A stretch of 64,000 bases of DNA from an uncultured Candidatus Saccharibacteria bacterium (GTDB lineage: Bacteria > Patescibacteriota > Minisyncoccia > Phycocordibacterales > Phycocordibacteraceae). The stretch lies in the NCBI GenBank assembly GCA_964469405.1, contig CAYXYP010000005.1:54-64053 (forward strand). The letters are read 5' to 3'. Below are positions 17,753-26,992 of this stretch, in pieces. Under the pieces are notes generated by a model. It saw only the letters and a list, made by a program, of their open reading frames with translations, did no database searches and was not told where the DNA came from. Positions within the stretch are counted from its first letter, which is position 1. Each line of letters begins with the position of its first letter. The position numbers were made by a program, and so were the translations under genes.

Positions 17753-19930
17753 TTATTGTCCTGACGTCTTCCCTTCTATTTGTGCGATTGCTGATGCTCC
17801 AGTGGCAGCCGCGTCCGGATAGAGTGCAACTGCTTTATTGATTGTAGCAATTGCACTCGCCTTATCGCCTGATGTGTAATACGCCGCAGCAAGAGAGAAC
17901 CATGTTTCAACACTTGCGCCAGGTTTTTCCGCACGCAGTTTTGAAATAGCAATGAGACGTGGCCAATTCTTGGTACGATAGTATGCAACTGAAAGGATGT
18001 CGCTATCGACGATAGAGGAGCCGTACACGTCTACTAAGATTTTATCGGCTGCCGCAATATCGCCAACTGCAATATCGCCAACTGCGGCATACACTGCAAG
18101 CTCTTCAAACTGCGGCGCAAGTGTGTATGCGGTATGGAAAGCCTGCTGCGTCATTTTTACATCGCCCTGATCCCACGCCGTCGCACCCATTTCAATCCAT
18201 ATAGCTTCCTTCCCCGGCGAGAGTAGAGCAGCCTGTTGAATTACCTTGAGTGCATTTGCACCATCCCCGGCTATACGGTATGCGTACGCAAGCTGAAGTT
18301 GTTCACGAGTATCAAGCGGGTATGCAGTGACTTGTTTCTGCATTTCGGTTATAGCGAGCGTAACTACCTGTTGTTTCAATTCATTTGTCGCCTGTTGATT
18401 CTGTACGACCCCACCGGCGAAGGAGATAAGTTGCTCACGTATCTCCTGTGCGGCAAAAGAGGGATGCGCAACAAGATCCTCAAAGACAGCAGCATTCCCC
18501 GCAAGACCAGCAGCTGAAGGAGAGAGTGCGGTAATAAGTTTAGACGCCGTTTGTATGCCAGGAATATTTACCGACCAGATGAGGGCGACCGCGACAATAC
18601 TTGCAATTGGGAGCGCGTAGGTCACACCATCCGTTGCCCCAAGCTCAGGAGCATGTTCAAGTCGCGGAATTGGCCGAGCGACCTGTGAGTCGATGAGTGA
18701 CAGGAGTGCGAAGAAATATACGTAGGAATACAGATTGTCGAAAACAAAGATGTTGTGCACGGCATATCCGACGAGCGCAGAAGTGAGGACAATCCGTTCC
18801 GGACGTGAAAGTTCTGAGCTCCGCCAGAGCAATACAATGGCAGATCCAAAAAGAGAGACGTAGAGTAGGAATGCTGGCACGCCTCCTGCACTGAGCCAAT
18901 CAATAAAGGCATTATGCGCTCGGTCAAACCATGGTTCCTGATGATGGAGCGATGGATCGTAATGCTTATCGAAAACATAGTTGAAGCCTTCCTGTCCCCA
19001 GCCGACGAGAGGACGTTCAAGGACTCCTTTAAACGCCATGCTCCAGATAGTGAAGCGTGTCGCTCCGTCGTGGAGCGAAATAGACGCGACACGCTGTAGT
19101 GTGTGATTGTTTTGTACAAAATCAGAATTGCGAGCGACGTAGAAGCTGCCTATAAGGATTAACATGAAAATAAATCCGCCCGCCGCAATACGCCGAACAT
19201 GCTTCCCTGCAGTGAGTGCAGTCAGGAGTGCCGCAAGTGTGAGCGCGAGCACAAGTCCAATTATCGTACCCCGTGTTTCGGTGAAAAAAATAAGTATCGC
19301 CTCCACAATCGCAAGCGTAAGCAGGGACCACTTCATCCACGCACGACTCTCGGTAAGAGCGAGCCATAGCGCAATGAACACATTGAATAGAAGATAGACC
19401 GCCAAATATGCGGAGTTGCCCATAGACGCATCGACACGTGTCGAGCCCTGATGTATCGCTGAGGACCCGCCAAGCTGGAGAAATGCGTGAATGCAAATAA
19501 CTATCGAGACACCAAGTGAAGTAATGAACCACGCTCGCCACTTCTTCTGCACACGTAACACTGCACCAGCAGCAAAGAAAAATCCGAGCAAATGAATGAG
19601 AAGCACCCAACCCTCCATACGCTCAAAATTACTCCAGAACGCTTTCGTAGCATTTGGCGCAAACGCATCGGCGATGAACATCCAGACGACAAAGGCAACG
19701 ACCGTCACTCCAATCCATGAAAAACGCGGGCGATATTCTCTATCGAGAACTGCGAGTACTGCCCATGCAGCGACCGCCACCTCAACTAAAATGCGGAAGA
19801 AAAACGCTTTGCCGGTAATGAACGGAAAAAAGAATGGATTGGCGACGATGAGCGGTGCAAGCGGTATAAGGAACAGCGCTCCGAGCGCTGCCCATAGAGC
19901 AATCTGTTTCGCGGTACCATCGCTCTTCAT
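17753..19930 (-). CDS. O-antigen ligase / Wzy_C-family polytopic membrane protein with C-terminal TPR repeats
   Basis: 725 aa, ~10 TM helices, periplasmic loop with conserved Arg/His (ETRGTIIG...; AHNAFIDWL). The C-terminal ~250 aa is TPR-like. Confidence 0.75.
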   Translation of the reverse strand: MKSDGTAKQIALWAALGALFLIPLAPLIVANPFFFPFITGKAFFFRILVEVAVAAWAVLAVLDREYRPRFSWIGVTVVAFVVWMFIADAFAPNATKAFWSNFERMEGWVLLIHLLGFFFAAGAVLRVQKKWRAWFITSLGVSIVICIHAFLQLGGSSAIHQGSTRVDASMGNSAYLAVYLLFNVFIALWLALTESRAWMKWSLLTLAIVEAILIFFTETRGTIIGLVLALTLAALLTALTAGKHVRRIAAGGFIFMLILIGSFYVARNSDFVQNNHTLQRVASISLHDGATRFTIWSMAFKGVLERPLVGWGQEGFNYVFDKHYDPSLHHQEPWFDRAHNAFIDWLSAGGVPAFLLYVSLFGSAIVLLWRSSELSRPERIVLTSALVGYAVHNIFVFDNLYSYVYFFALLSLIDSQVARPIPRLEHAPELGATDGVTYALPIASIVAVALIWSVNIPGIQTASKLITALSPSAAGLAGNAAVFEDLVAHPSFAAQEIREQLISFAGGVVQNQQATNELKQQVVTLAITEMQKQVTAYPLDTREQLQLAYAYRIAGDGANALKVIQQAALLSPGKEAIWIEMGATAWDQGDVKMTQQAFHTAYTLAPQFEELAVYAAVGDIAVGDIAAADKILVDVYGSSIVDSDILSVAYYRTKNWPRLIAISKLRAEKPGASVETWFSLAAAYYTSGDKASAIATINKAVALYPDAAATGASAIAQIEGKTSGQ

Positions 19931-19961
19931 GATAGAGAAACTATATCATACACCAATGCAC

Positions 19962-19990
19962 AAAACGCCCCGCTAGTCGCGGGGCGTTTT
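19962..19990. terminator. Bidirectional rho-independent terminator
   Basis: aaaa cgccccgc tagtc gcggggcg tttt. Confidence 0.7.
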
Positions 19991-20021
19991 GTGCACGTGG
20001 AAGATTGAGCCTTCTAAAGAT

Positions 20022-20867
20022 CTAAAACCTCCAACTAAAAAGTCCCCACAGTCCCTGCTCTCTCTGAGCAAGATCATGCAGACGTGTCTGAGCATCTTGT
20101 AATGCTACTATCTGCGCCTGAATAGTCACCTTGATATCTGCCGAAATATTGACTGCACCGAGTAGATTAGTAAGAACGTCGATGCGCTGCTGATTCTGCG
20201 CGACCTCTTGAGAGATCACATCCGCTGCCACAGCATCACCACCGAAGAAAAGTCTCGCGAAGAAATTGCGCGATTCAATCTGCGCCTCAGCATTTGTCGT
20301 CGTCGAAACCGAGTCATTCATATGCTTCGCAATTTCCGACACCTGTTCTCCGATTCCACCCAGTAGATGCTTGGAAGAAAGAAGTGCATGCACGGCGAGA
20401 CGCACCTCGTTCGCATTCTTCATTACATCCTTGAACTTGGGCGTCGTGCTCGCCTCTTCATCCTTAAGCTCATGCTTTCGATTCTCTATCTTCTGTTTCA
20501 GATCGCCGAGAGAAACCGCAATATCTTCATCATCCTCAAGTTCGAAATCAATCTCATCTTGGTCCTCTTTATTTTGATCGTCCGACATTTCTTCATTATC
20601 CGATTGATCATTTAAACTTACCGCTTCAACCTGTTCATCTTGCTCCTTACTCTCCCCTCTCTTCTGGCCTAAAGAAGACTGATCTTTTTCACCCGCGCGC
20701 ACAGAAACACCCGTTGGCACTTCCGCCCCTTGCACCGTTACGACCTCTTGTGAGCCGACACCACCCTGCCCCTCACTGCTTCCGCTCTCGGCACGTACGA
20801 CGGCCGGTAATCCGCTCATTGCGAGCGCGAGAGTGAAGACTCCTGCTGCGTATATGCTTTTTTTCAT
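20022..20867 (-). CDS. Secreted protein with a highly acidic region, hypothetical
   Basis: 281 aa. Signal peptide MKKSIYAAGVFTLALAMSGLPAVVRA and a D/E-rich segment (DQNKEDQDEIDFELEDDED). Confidence 0.55.
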   Translation of the reverse strand: MKKSIYAAGVFTLALAMSGLPAVVRAESGSSEGQGGVGSQEVVTVQGAEVPTGVSVRAGEKDQSSLGQKRGESKEQDEQVEAVSLNDQSDNEEMSDDQNKEDQDEIDFELEDDEDIAVSLGDLKQKIENRKHELKDEEASTTPKFKDVMKNANEVRLAVHALLSSKHLLGGIGEQVSEIAKHMNDSVSTTTNAEAQIESRNFFARLFFGGDAVAADVISQEVAQNQQRIDVLTNLLGAVNISADIKVTIQAQIVALQDAQTRLHDLAQREQGLWGLFSWRF

Positions 20868-20976
20868 ATGAATTACTCCAGCTAATGTTAATGGCGGTTA
20901 TGGACACAAGTATACATCTTATATGATTCTTCATCTTTGTTTTGCAATTCGCGTACCGTGCTAGGATTGAGATGTC

Positions 20977-22440
20977 ATGTTTGCGAGTATCGCAATCTCC
21001 AGATACCTATTGTACGCGCTCCTGCTCGCACTGTTTTCTTGTGTCGCCTACTTTTCGCTGTATCAGCTCAGTGAAAGCCCTCCGGTATGGTACGACGAGG
21101 GGATGATCCTGCAACTTGCCGAAAACGTTGCCCATCATGGGGTTATGGGGCTACAACTTGCACCGGGCGAATATGTGTCTGCGGGGCATGTATCGACCGG
21201 TTTCCCTGTAGTCTTCCCTGTTGCAGCAAGCTTTTATATATTTGGCGTCAGCATCATTACCGCGCGCGCGGTAGCGGTTATTTTTATCTTTCTTCTTGTC
21301 ATCGCAGGCCTGTACCTGTTGACGCGCCTCCAGAACAAATGGTACGCGCTTTCAGGCGCTTTTTTTGTGGCGACTTTCCCTTCGTTATACGGCGATGGGA
21401 AAAGTATGCTCGGCGAAGTGCCCGGACTTTCCTTTTTACTACTGTTTCTTTTCTTTCTTCAAAAACTCGAAGAATCTGATTTTAAGAATGTTCGATACGC
21501 CATATTGGCTGGTGTATTTCTAGGTCTCACAACGGTTACAAAACCTCTTTTTCTTATAGTTCCGGTGGCACTCGGCATGGTGTTCCTTTTTCGCTGGCGA
21601 CGCACCCTTTCAAACGTGCCTGCTCTGATATGGTGTTCCTGCGCTTTTTCTTTGCCGATCATAGTATGGTTGGCGACCCAATTTTCGTTCACCGATTCAG
21701 CTACCGATATTCTTTCTTTTTATGCAAATCCGTACCGTCTCACACATCTCACAGACGTCATGGCGATGAACTTCATGCGATTTTTCACAGAATCAACTCC
21801 GCTGTATACGCTTGGTATTACTGCATGTTGGGCCATCGCGCTCATTATCCGGAAAAGAAAGAAGCAAGTTATTTCATACGCGGAAGTCTGTGCCTTTTTA
21901 TTTACTTTGTTAGTGATGTTTGCGTATCTGCGCACTCCCGGATGGTATCGCTACCTTTTCCCAGCTGATATCGTCGCTCTTTTTTTCTTGCCCTTTGCCC
22001 TCAAAACGATCTTCGCTTTACCCCTCTCTTATACCGCTCGCCTGAAGACGTATGAGCGCCCCATGGTAGCGGTACTGTTGAGTCTGTTTATATTGCTACA
22101 ATGGTATTACTTGGTTTTTGGCTCGTGGATATCGGGCACTTCGCAGTATCAGATAACCAATACTTTGGAACGTACTCTCGGATCGCTTGATTCGAAAACG
22201 AGCATATTTGTATTTGACGCTCCGGCAGTTGTCCCGTTCTTGCTCTACGACACTTACACACAATACTTTTCGGCTGGAGGCGCATGGGTTGCGGGAGAGG
22301 ATTCCCTCGTATCATTGAAAAATGGTGTCCCTGACGTAGTTATTATGAGTGCCGATGCGATTCCTTCGGCACAGAAATACCTCGGGCACTATACGTTGCT
22401 AGAGGGGTCCGACAAGTATAGTATATTGAGGCATAAATAA
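20977..22440 (+). CDS. GT-C family membrane glycosyltransferase (ArnT/PMT-like, GT39/GT83-type)
   Basis: 487 aa and polytopic. Early periplasmic loop with YDEG... Followed by a GT2 polyprenyl-phosphate sugar synthase gene. Confidence 0.7.
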   Translation: MFASIAISRYLLYALLLALFSCVAYFSLYQLSESPPVWYDEGMILQLAENVAHHGVMGLQLAPGEYVSAGHVSTGFPVVFPVAASFYIFGVSIITARAVAVIFIFLLVIAGLYLLTRLQNKWYALSGAFFVATFPSLYGDGKSMLGEVPGLSFLLLFLFFLQKLEESDFKNVRYAILAGVFLGLTTVTKPLFLIVPVALGMVFLFRWRRTLSNVPALIWCSCAFSLPIIVWLATQFSFTDSATDILSFYANPYRLTHLTDVMAMNFMRFFTESTPLYTLGITACWAIALIIRKRKKQVISYAEVCAFLFTLLVMFAYLRTPGWYRYLFPADIVALFFLPFALKTIFALPLSYTARLKTYERPMVAVLLSLFILLQWYYLVFGSWISGTSQYQITNTLERTLGSLDSKTSIFVFDAPAVVPFLLYDTYTQYFSAGGAWVAGEDSLVSLKNGVPDVVIMSADAIPSAQKYLGHYTLLEGSDKYSILRHK

Positions 22441-22443
22441 TCT

Positions 22444-23391
22444 TTGATGGGAAATTCTTTTTTTTCAATAATTGTACCAATATACAACGAAGGAGAGGTA
22501 CTGATCGAGCTATGCAAGCGCACAGTCGCGGTCTTGGAACATCACGCGCATGAGTATGAGATTATACTCATAGATGATGGGAGTTCTGACAAAACTCCTC
22601 TGTTGATGACCGAGTTGCACCGCAACAATCCTCGAATAAAATGCATCTTTCTCTCGCGTAATTTCGGCCAACCTTCGGCACTTTCCGCCGGACTCGACTA
22701 TGCACAGGGAGATGCTGTAGTAGTCATGGATGCTGACTTGCAGGATCCTCCTGAAACGCTTCCTAGTTTTTTTGAAAAGTGGCGGGAAGGCTATGAGGTT
22801 GTGTACGGTGTACGAACAAAAAGGAAGGAATTTTTCTTAAAACGTTCTGCGTATTGGATTTTTTATAGACTTTTCAAAAGCGTTGCCGAACTCGAAAATG
22901 CAGTACTTGATTCCGGCGATTTTTCATTACTTGATCGAAAGGTCGTACTCACCTTACGCTCCATGCCAGAGAGAACCAGATTTTTGCGTGGATTGCGCAG
23001 CTGGGTTGGGTACCGCCAGTGCGGCATCGTATATGAACGTGCATCGCGTTTTGCCGGCATTCCCAAATATACGTTAAGCAAATTGTTCCGCCTCGCCTTT
23101 GACGGACTTTTTTCTTTCTCGTACTTGCCTTTGCGCTTCGCAACCTTGTTGGGTTTTTCCGTGGCTCTTTTCGCAGGTGTTGGTATTGCCGTCCTACTGT
23201 ATTTGCGCCTTAGGTACGGAGTGCTGGGAATAGTCGGCTTCTCTTCTACACTTATCGTTATTCTTTTTATCGGAGCGGTACAACTTATCTCTATCGGCAT
23301 TCTCGGAGAATATATAGGGAGGATTTATGATGAAGTGAGGCGTCGTCCCATGTACATTATTCAGAAAACATTGGGTTCCTTCAAACCATAG
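22444..23391 (+). CDS. GT2 polyprenyl-phosphate glycosyltransferase (ArnC/GtrB/DPM1-like)
   Basis: 315 aa. SIIVPIYNE...DDGSSD...DADLQDPPE, plus two C-terminal TM helices. Confidence 0.85.
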   Translation: MMGNSFFSIIVPIYNEGEVLIELCKRTVAVLEHHAHEYEIILIDDGSSDKTPLLMTELHRNNPRIKCIFLSRNFGQPSALSAGLDYAQGDAVVVMDADLQDPPETLPSFFEKWREGYEVVYGVRTKRKEFFLKRSAYWIFYRLFKSVAELENAVLDSGDFSLLDRKVVLTLRSMPERTRFLRGLRSWVGYRQCGIVYERASRFAGIPKYTLSKLFRLAFDGLFSFSYLPLRFATLLGFSVALFAGVGIAVLLYLRLRYGVLGIVGFSSTLIVILFIGAVQLISIGILGEYIGRIYDEVRRRPMYIIQKTLGSFKP

Positions 23392-23600
23392 TATTGGTGA
23401 GAAAAATTAGGCTCCGGAAGATAGGGTGGTACACAAAGTATGTTGCGCCAGCCACAAGGGCGGCCGCAACGGCCTGGACATAGAGGTACTAGAAGTACAC
23501 CTCAAACGTGAGACACACGAGGACGATAGTGATAAATGAGTTATTTGTCAGAAAGTGGACATGGCCAACGAATCTTATTACACTACTATGCAAGCAGCAT

Positions 23601-24329
23601 ATGAAGGATGTCTACCACGATACGATTTATCGACTTGAAAAGTCCCATTGGTGGTATCGTGTCAGACGCGAAATTGTACGCAGTCTCATTAGATCTTATT
23701 TTCCAAATAAAGAATCATTACACATTCTTGATATAGGTTGCGGTACGGGGGAGCTACTTTCTGGACTTTCTTCGTATGGTGACGCCTACGGAGTGGATGT
23801 CTCGCCCCGCGCGGTGGCCTTTTGCAAAGAGCGGGGCATTCAGCAAGTTCGTGTTGGGAGTGTTACCAACATAAGTTACCCGGATAACAATTTTGATCTC
23901 GTTCTCGCGCTCGACATTATCGAGCATGTTGCGGATGATACAAAAGCGCTCGCGGAAATCAAGCGCGTGCTGAAACCGGATGGGATCGCCATTTTCTTTG
24001 TTCCGGCATTCATGTTTTTATGGGGTTCGACGGATGTATTCAGCGAACACTACCGCCGATACACACGCCCTGAATTGCGTTCAAAAATAGTTGCTGGAGG
24101 GTTTACCCCCATTCGGTTTACCTATTTCAACACACTTCTTTTCCTGCCTATTGCTGTGTGGCGCCTAGCGAATCGAGTTATCCCATTGCATGCGCATTCG
24201 GAAACAGAGCTCAATAATTCTTTTATAAATAGCCTTCTCTACGGCATATTTCGGATTGAAGCATTCGTATTACGCTTCGTAAACTTCCCATTCGGCGTTT
24301 CAATACTGGCGATCGCGAGAAAAGATTAG
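23601..24329 (+). CDS. Class I SAM-dependent methyltransferase
   Basis: LDIGCGTGEL...LKPDGIAIF motifs. The ORF opens at 23508, but ATG 23601 (MKDVYHD...HWWY) is the more typical N-terminus. Confidence 0.7.
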   Translation: MKDVYHDTIYRLEKSHWWYRVRREIVRSLIRSYFPNKESLHILDIGCGTGELLSGLSSYGDAYGVDVSPRAVAFCKERGIQQVRVGSVTNISYPDNNFDLVLALDIIEHVADDTKALAEIKRVLKPDGIAIFFVPAFMFLWGSTDVFSEHYRRYTRPELRSKIVAGGFTPIRFTYFNTLLFLPIAVWRLANRVIPLHAHSETELNNSFINSLLYGIFRIEAFVLRFVNFPFGVSILAIARKD

Positions 24330-24420
24330 ACTTCTACAAGAATCAAAAGATGCCCCCATTTAGGATATATACCTTTGCGTTTTTTGTAATACTCAAACAT
24401 CCTTGCAACACCTTCTTCAA

Positions 24421-25899
24421 TCAAAATTGGAAGTAAATAAAAGCGTTTGTCGCAAAGCTACCAAATAGAACAAGGACCAGGACGAGCGAGCTGTAGAGTA
24501 CGGACAGAACGAATAGCGACTGTGTGTTTAGAAATACCGCGAGACGTCCCCGTTTCTCCATACTCTCGACAAAGAGGAGGAGGAAAATGAAGCAGAATGA
24601 AAGAGCGAGATCTACATTTTTAATACCGAGCATCATAACTGGATGAATAATGAATCCTTCCAGGAACTGCGCAAATGAGATATCCCATCCAACAAATAGT
24701 TGCTTAAAAAAGCCAAAGGCACTCGACAGATCCGGTGAGCGGAAGAAAACCCAGCCGATATTTACCAATACAAATGTAACTCCGATCTGGATCATCGTAT
24801 GCACTCGGGGTACGTGTGTGAGACCTGTTCTGACTAGAAATGCGCGACGTAACGGTTTCGTGATACGTCCTATAACGATAGCGCCCCCGAAGAAAAGCCC
24901 CATGCAAATGTATGACCACGCTGCGCCGTGCCAGAAACCGATGACAACGAATGTTGCTACAATACAAAAATACAGCCAGTATATAGTGATTCGTTTTGCC
25001 GAATACACCAGCGGGAAATAGAAATAATCATGAAACCACGACGAGAGCGATATGTGCCAGCGCCGCCAAAATTCTTCGATGGAGCGAGAGAAGTAGGGCT
25101 GGTTGAAATTACGCACGAGATCTATCCCGAACACTCGCGCACTTCCGCGCGCAATATCGGTATATCCGGAAAAGTCAGCATACAGCTGGAAAGCAAACGC
25201 AAACATCGCAAAGAGTATGCTTGGTCCAGACAAATGGAGCGCATTCGCGTATATATAATTGACCGAAAATGCCAGCCGGTCGGCGATGACCAATTTCTTA
25301 AAAAATCCCCATGCCATTAATCGAATGCCGGAAAAGACATTTGCCCCTTCAAAAAAGACTACTTTTTTGAATTGCGGAATGAGGTGCGACGGCCGCTCAA
25401 TAGGCCCCGCGACCAACTGAGGGAAAAACATGACATAGAGTGCATATATGCCAAAATGTCGTTCTGCGGGGTATTTCCCTCGATACACTTCGATAAGGTA
25501 ACTGATGCTTTGGAACGTATGAAATGAAAGACCCAAGGGAAGGAGGATTTGAAGCGCTTCGATGGAGTAATTCCAATCAAGAGCCCTGGCGAGCAATGCG
25601 ATATTATCATTGAAGAAATTAAAATACTTGAACACAAAAAGTACGCTGATGGTCATGAACATGCCTACGAAGAACATCCTTCGCTTCGCCGCACCCTCCG
25701 TCCGATCCATCCGTAGCGCACAAATATAGTCTACGAGGATAATGAAAAAGAGGACAAGAATATATTGCGGTACGAAAACCATGTAGAAATAACAACTGCC
25801 GAGAAGCAAAAGTGCCCACCGAAAACGGGGCGGGCAAAGGTAGCACCCAGCCACAATGCAAACAAAAAAGATGAGAAAAGCGACTGAAACGAACGTCAT
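24421..25899 (-). CDS. MBOAT-family membrane O-acyltransferase (AlgI/DltB-like)
   Basis: 492 aa and polytopic. Conserved His in WRRWHISLSSWF. Confidence 0.85.
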   Translation of the reverse strand: MTFVSVAFLIFFVCIVAGCYLCPPRFRWALLLLGSCYFYMVFVPQYILVLFFIILVDYICALRMDRTEGAAKRRMFFVGMFMTISVLFVFKYFNFFNDNIALLARALDWNYSIEALQILLPLGLSFHTFQSISYLIEVYRGKYPAERHFGIYALYVMFFPQLVAGPIERPSHLIPQFKKVVFFEGANVFSGIRLMAWGFFKKLVIADRLAFSVNYIYANALHLSGPSILFAMFAFAFQLYADFSGYTDIARGSARVFGIDLVRNFNQPYFSRSIEEFWRRWHISLSSWFHDYFYFPLVYSAKRITIYWLYFCIVATFVVIGFWHGAAWSYICMGLFFGGAIVIGRITKPLRRAFLVRTGLTHVPRVHTMIQIGVTFVLVNIGWVFFRSPDLSSAFGFFKQLFVGWDISFAQFLEGFIIHPVMMLGIKNVDLALSFCFIFLLLFVESMEKRGRLAVFLNTQSLFVLSVLYSSLVLVLVLFGSFATNAFIYFQF

Positions 25900-26984
25900 A
25901 GCGAGTGATGTGTTAGAAGTGCCGGATGGGTAGACAAATAACTATAGAGAGCTTCAGCGGCATAACGATTACCATCTGAATTCCAATGGTAATCGCATGG
26001 GTAATTACTTGCCCTGCCAGTAATCGCCTCTGCGGCTCTTGAGACCGGCACAAGATCGACATAGGAAAAATTATTACGCTTCGCAATTTCCGGCATATGA
26101 CGTGGGAATTCCTGTGCGGTTGATGTCGCTGCCGATGGACCCGTCCACGAAGCAAAGACGAACGGCGCACCGTTTTTTAGAACCAGCTTCGCATAGGTAC
26201 TTAGTATTTTTTCTTTCACCTGCCAACGCTCCTCTTCTGCTCGTAAGGCTACTTCTTTTGCTGCAGCCTCCGTTGTCGGAATAGACACAGCCGTTCCAGA
26301 AAATGGTGCGGAGAGAAAAGAATTCAGAGAGCTTCTAAAAATAAGAAAACGGTTATAGAGGTTCACGAGGAATTTTGAGTGTCGACTTATAGAGCGGAAA
26401 TACCCGACATTAGGGTTTTCGCCGCTCTTCGGTGTTTGGAGCAGAATATTCCCCTGCGCGTCATATGCGGGCATATCGATTGGATTTTGAGCTATAAGCT
26501 CATAGCCGCTTTCAATATTAATAACGAGATCAGGCGCAAGCATAGAGCCGTACTTGAGGTAATAGAACATATCAAGAAGTATTCGATTCATTCCCATAGC
26601 AATTGGAACGACTTCATAGGTATATGCTCGCTTGGGATTCGCATTCAGTTTTTCTTGAAGCAGCGTTGAGTGCATGTCCCGGACCGGTACTTGTATTGCC
26701 GAAACATACGAACTTCCCACTATCACAATCCTAAAGACTTCTTTTCCCTTCTCAAGTTGTACAGGAGGTCCGTGGAAACCCAGATTATTCACTTCCACCT
26801 TATTTTCGTAACAATCCCCCGCCGTCATAAATGAACTGTTTGGCTTGTACCTGGCAAGTCCTGTCACAGGATCAGTTGAAACCAGGTTGTAGTCATTCGG
26901 ATCCGTTATTTCTACAAGTGGCACAAATATGCAGACCGATACAAGTATGCCAGCGCCTACCGTCACATACTGTTTCAAATTCAT
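25896..26984 (-). CDS. AlgJ/AlgX/DltD-like SGNH-type partner of the MBOAT acyltransferase
   Basis: 362 aa with an N-terminal TM anchor. Overlaps the MBOAT gene by 4 nt. VIVGSSY motif near the N-terminus. Confidence 0.55.
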   Translation of the reverse strand: MNLKQYVTVGAGILVSVCIFVPLVEITDPNDYNLVSTDPVTGLARYKPNSSFMTAGDCYENKVEVNNLGFHGPPVQLEKGKEVFRIVIVGSSYVSAIQVPVRDMHSTLLQEKLNANPKRAYTYEVVPIAMGMNRILLDMFYYLKYGSMLAPDLVINIESGYELIAQNPIDMPAYDAQGNILLQTPKSGENPNVGYFRSISRHSKFLVNLYNRFLIFRSSLNSFLSAPFSGTAVSIPTTEAAAKEVALRAEEERWQVKEKILSTYAKLVLKNGAPFVFASWTGPSAATSTAQEFPRHMPEIAKRNNFSYVDLVPVSRAAEAITGRASNYPCDYHWNSDGNRYAAEALYSYLSTHPALLTHHSL

Positions 26985-26992
26985 ATAGGCTT

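Noticed and set aside
23392-23600. Hairpin or regulatory element around the GC-rich segment gggcggccgcaacggcc
   Set aside because: Only short imperfect pairing with no flanking T-tract. More likely just the 5' leader of the methyltransferase, whose real start is probably ATG 23601.
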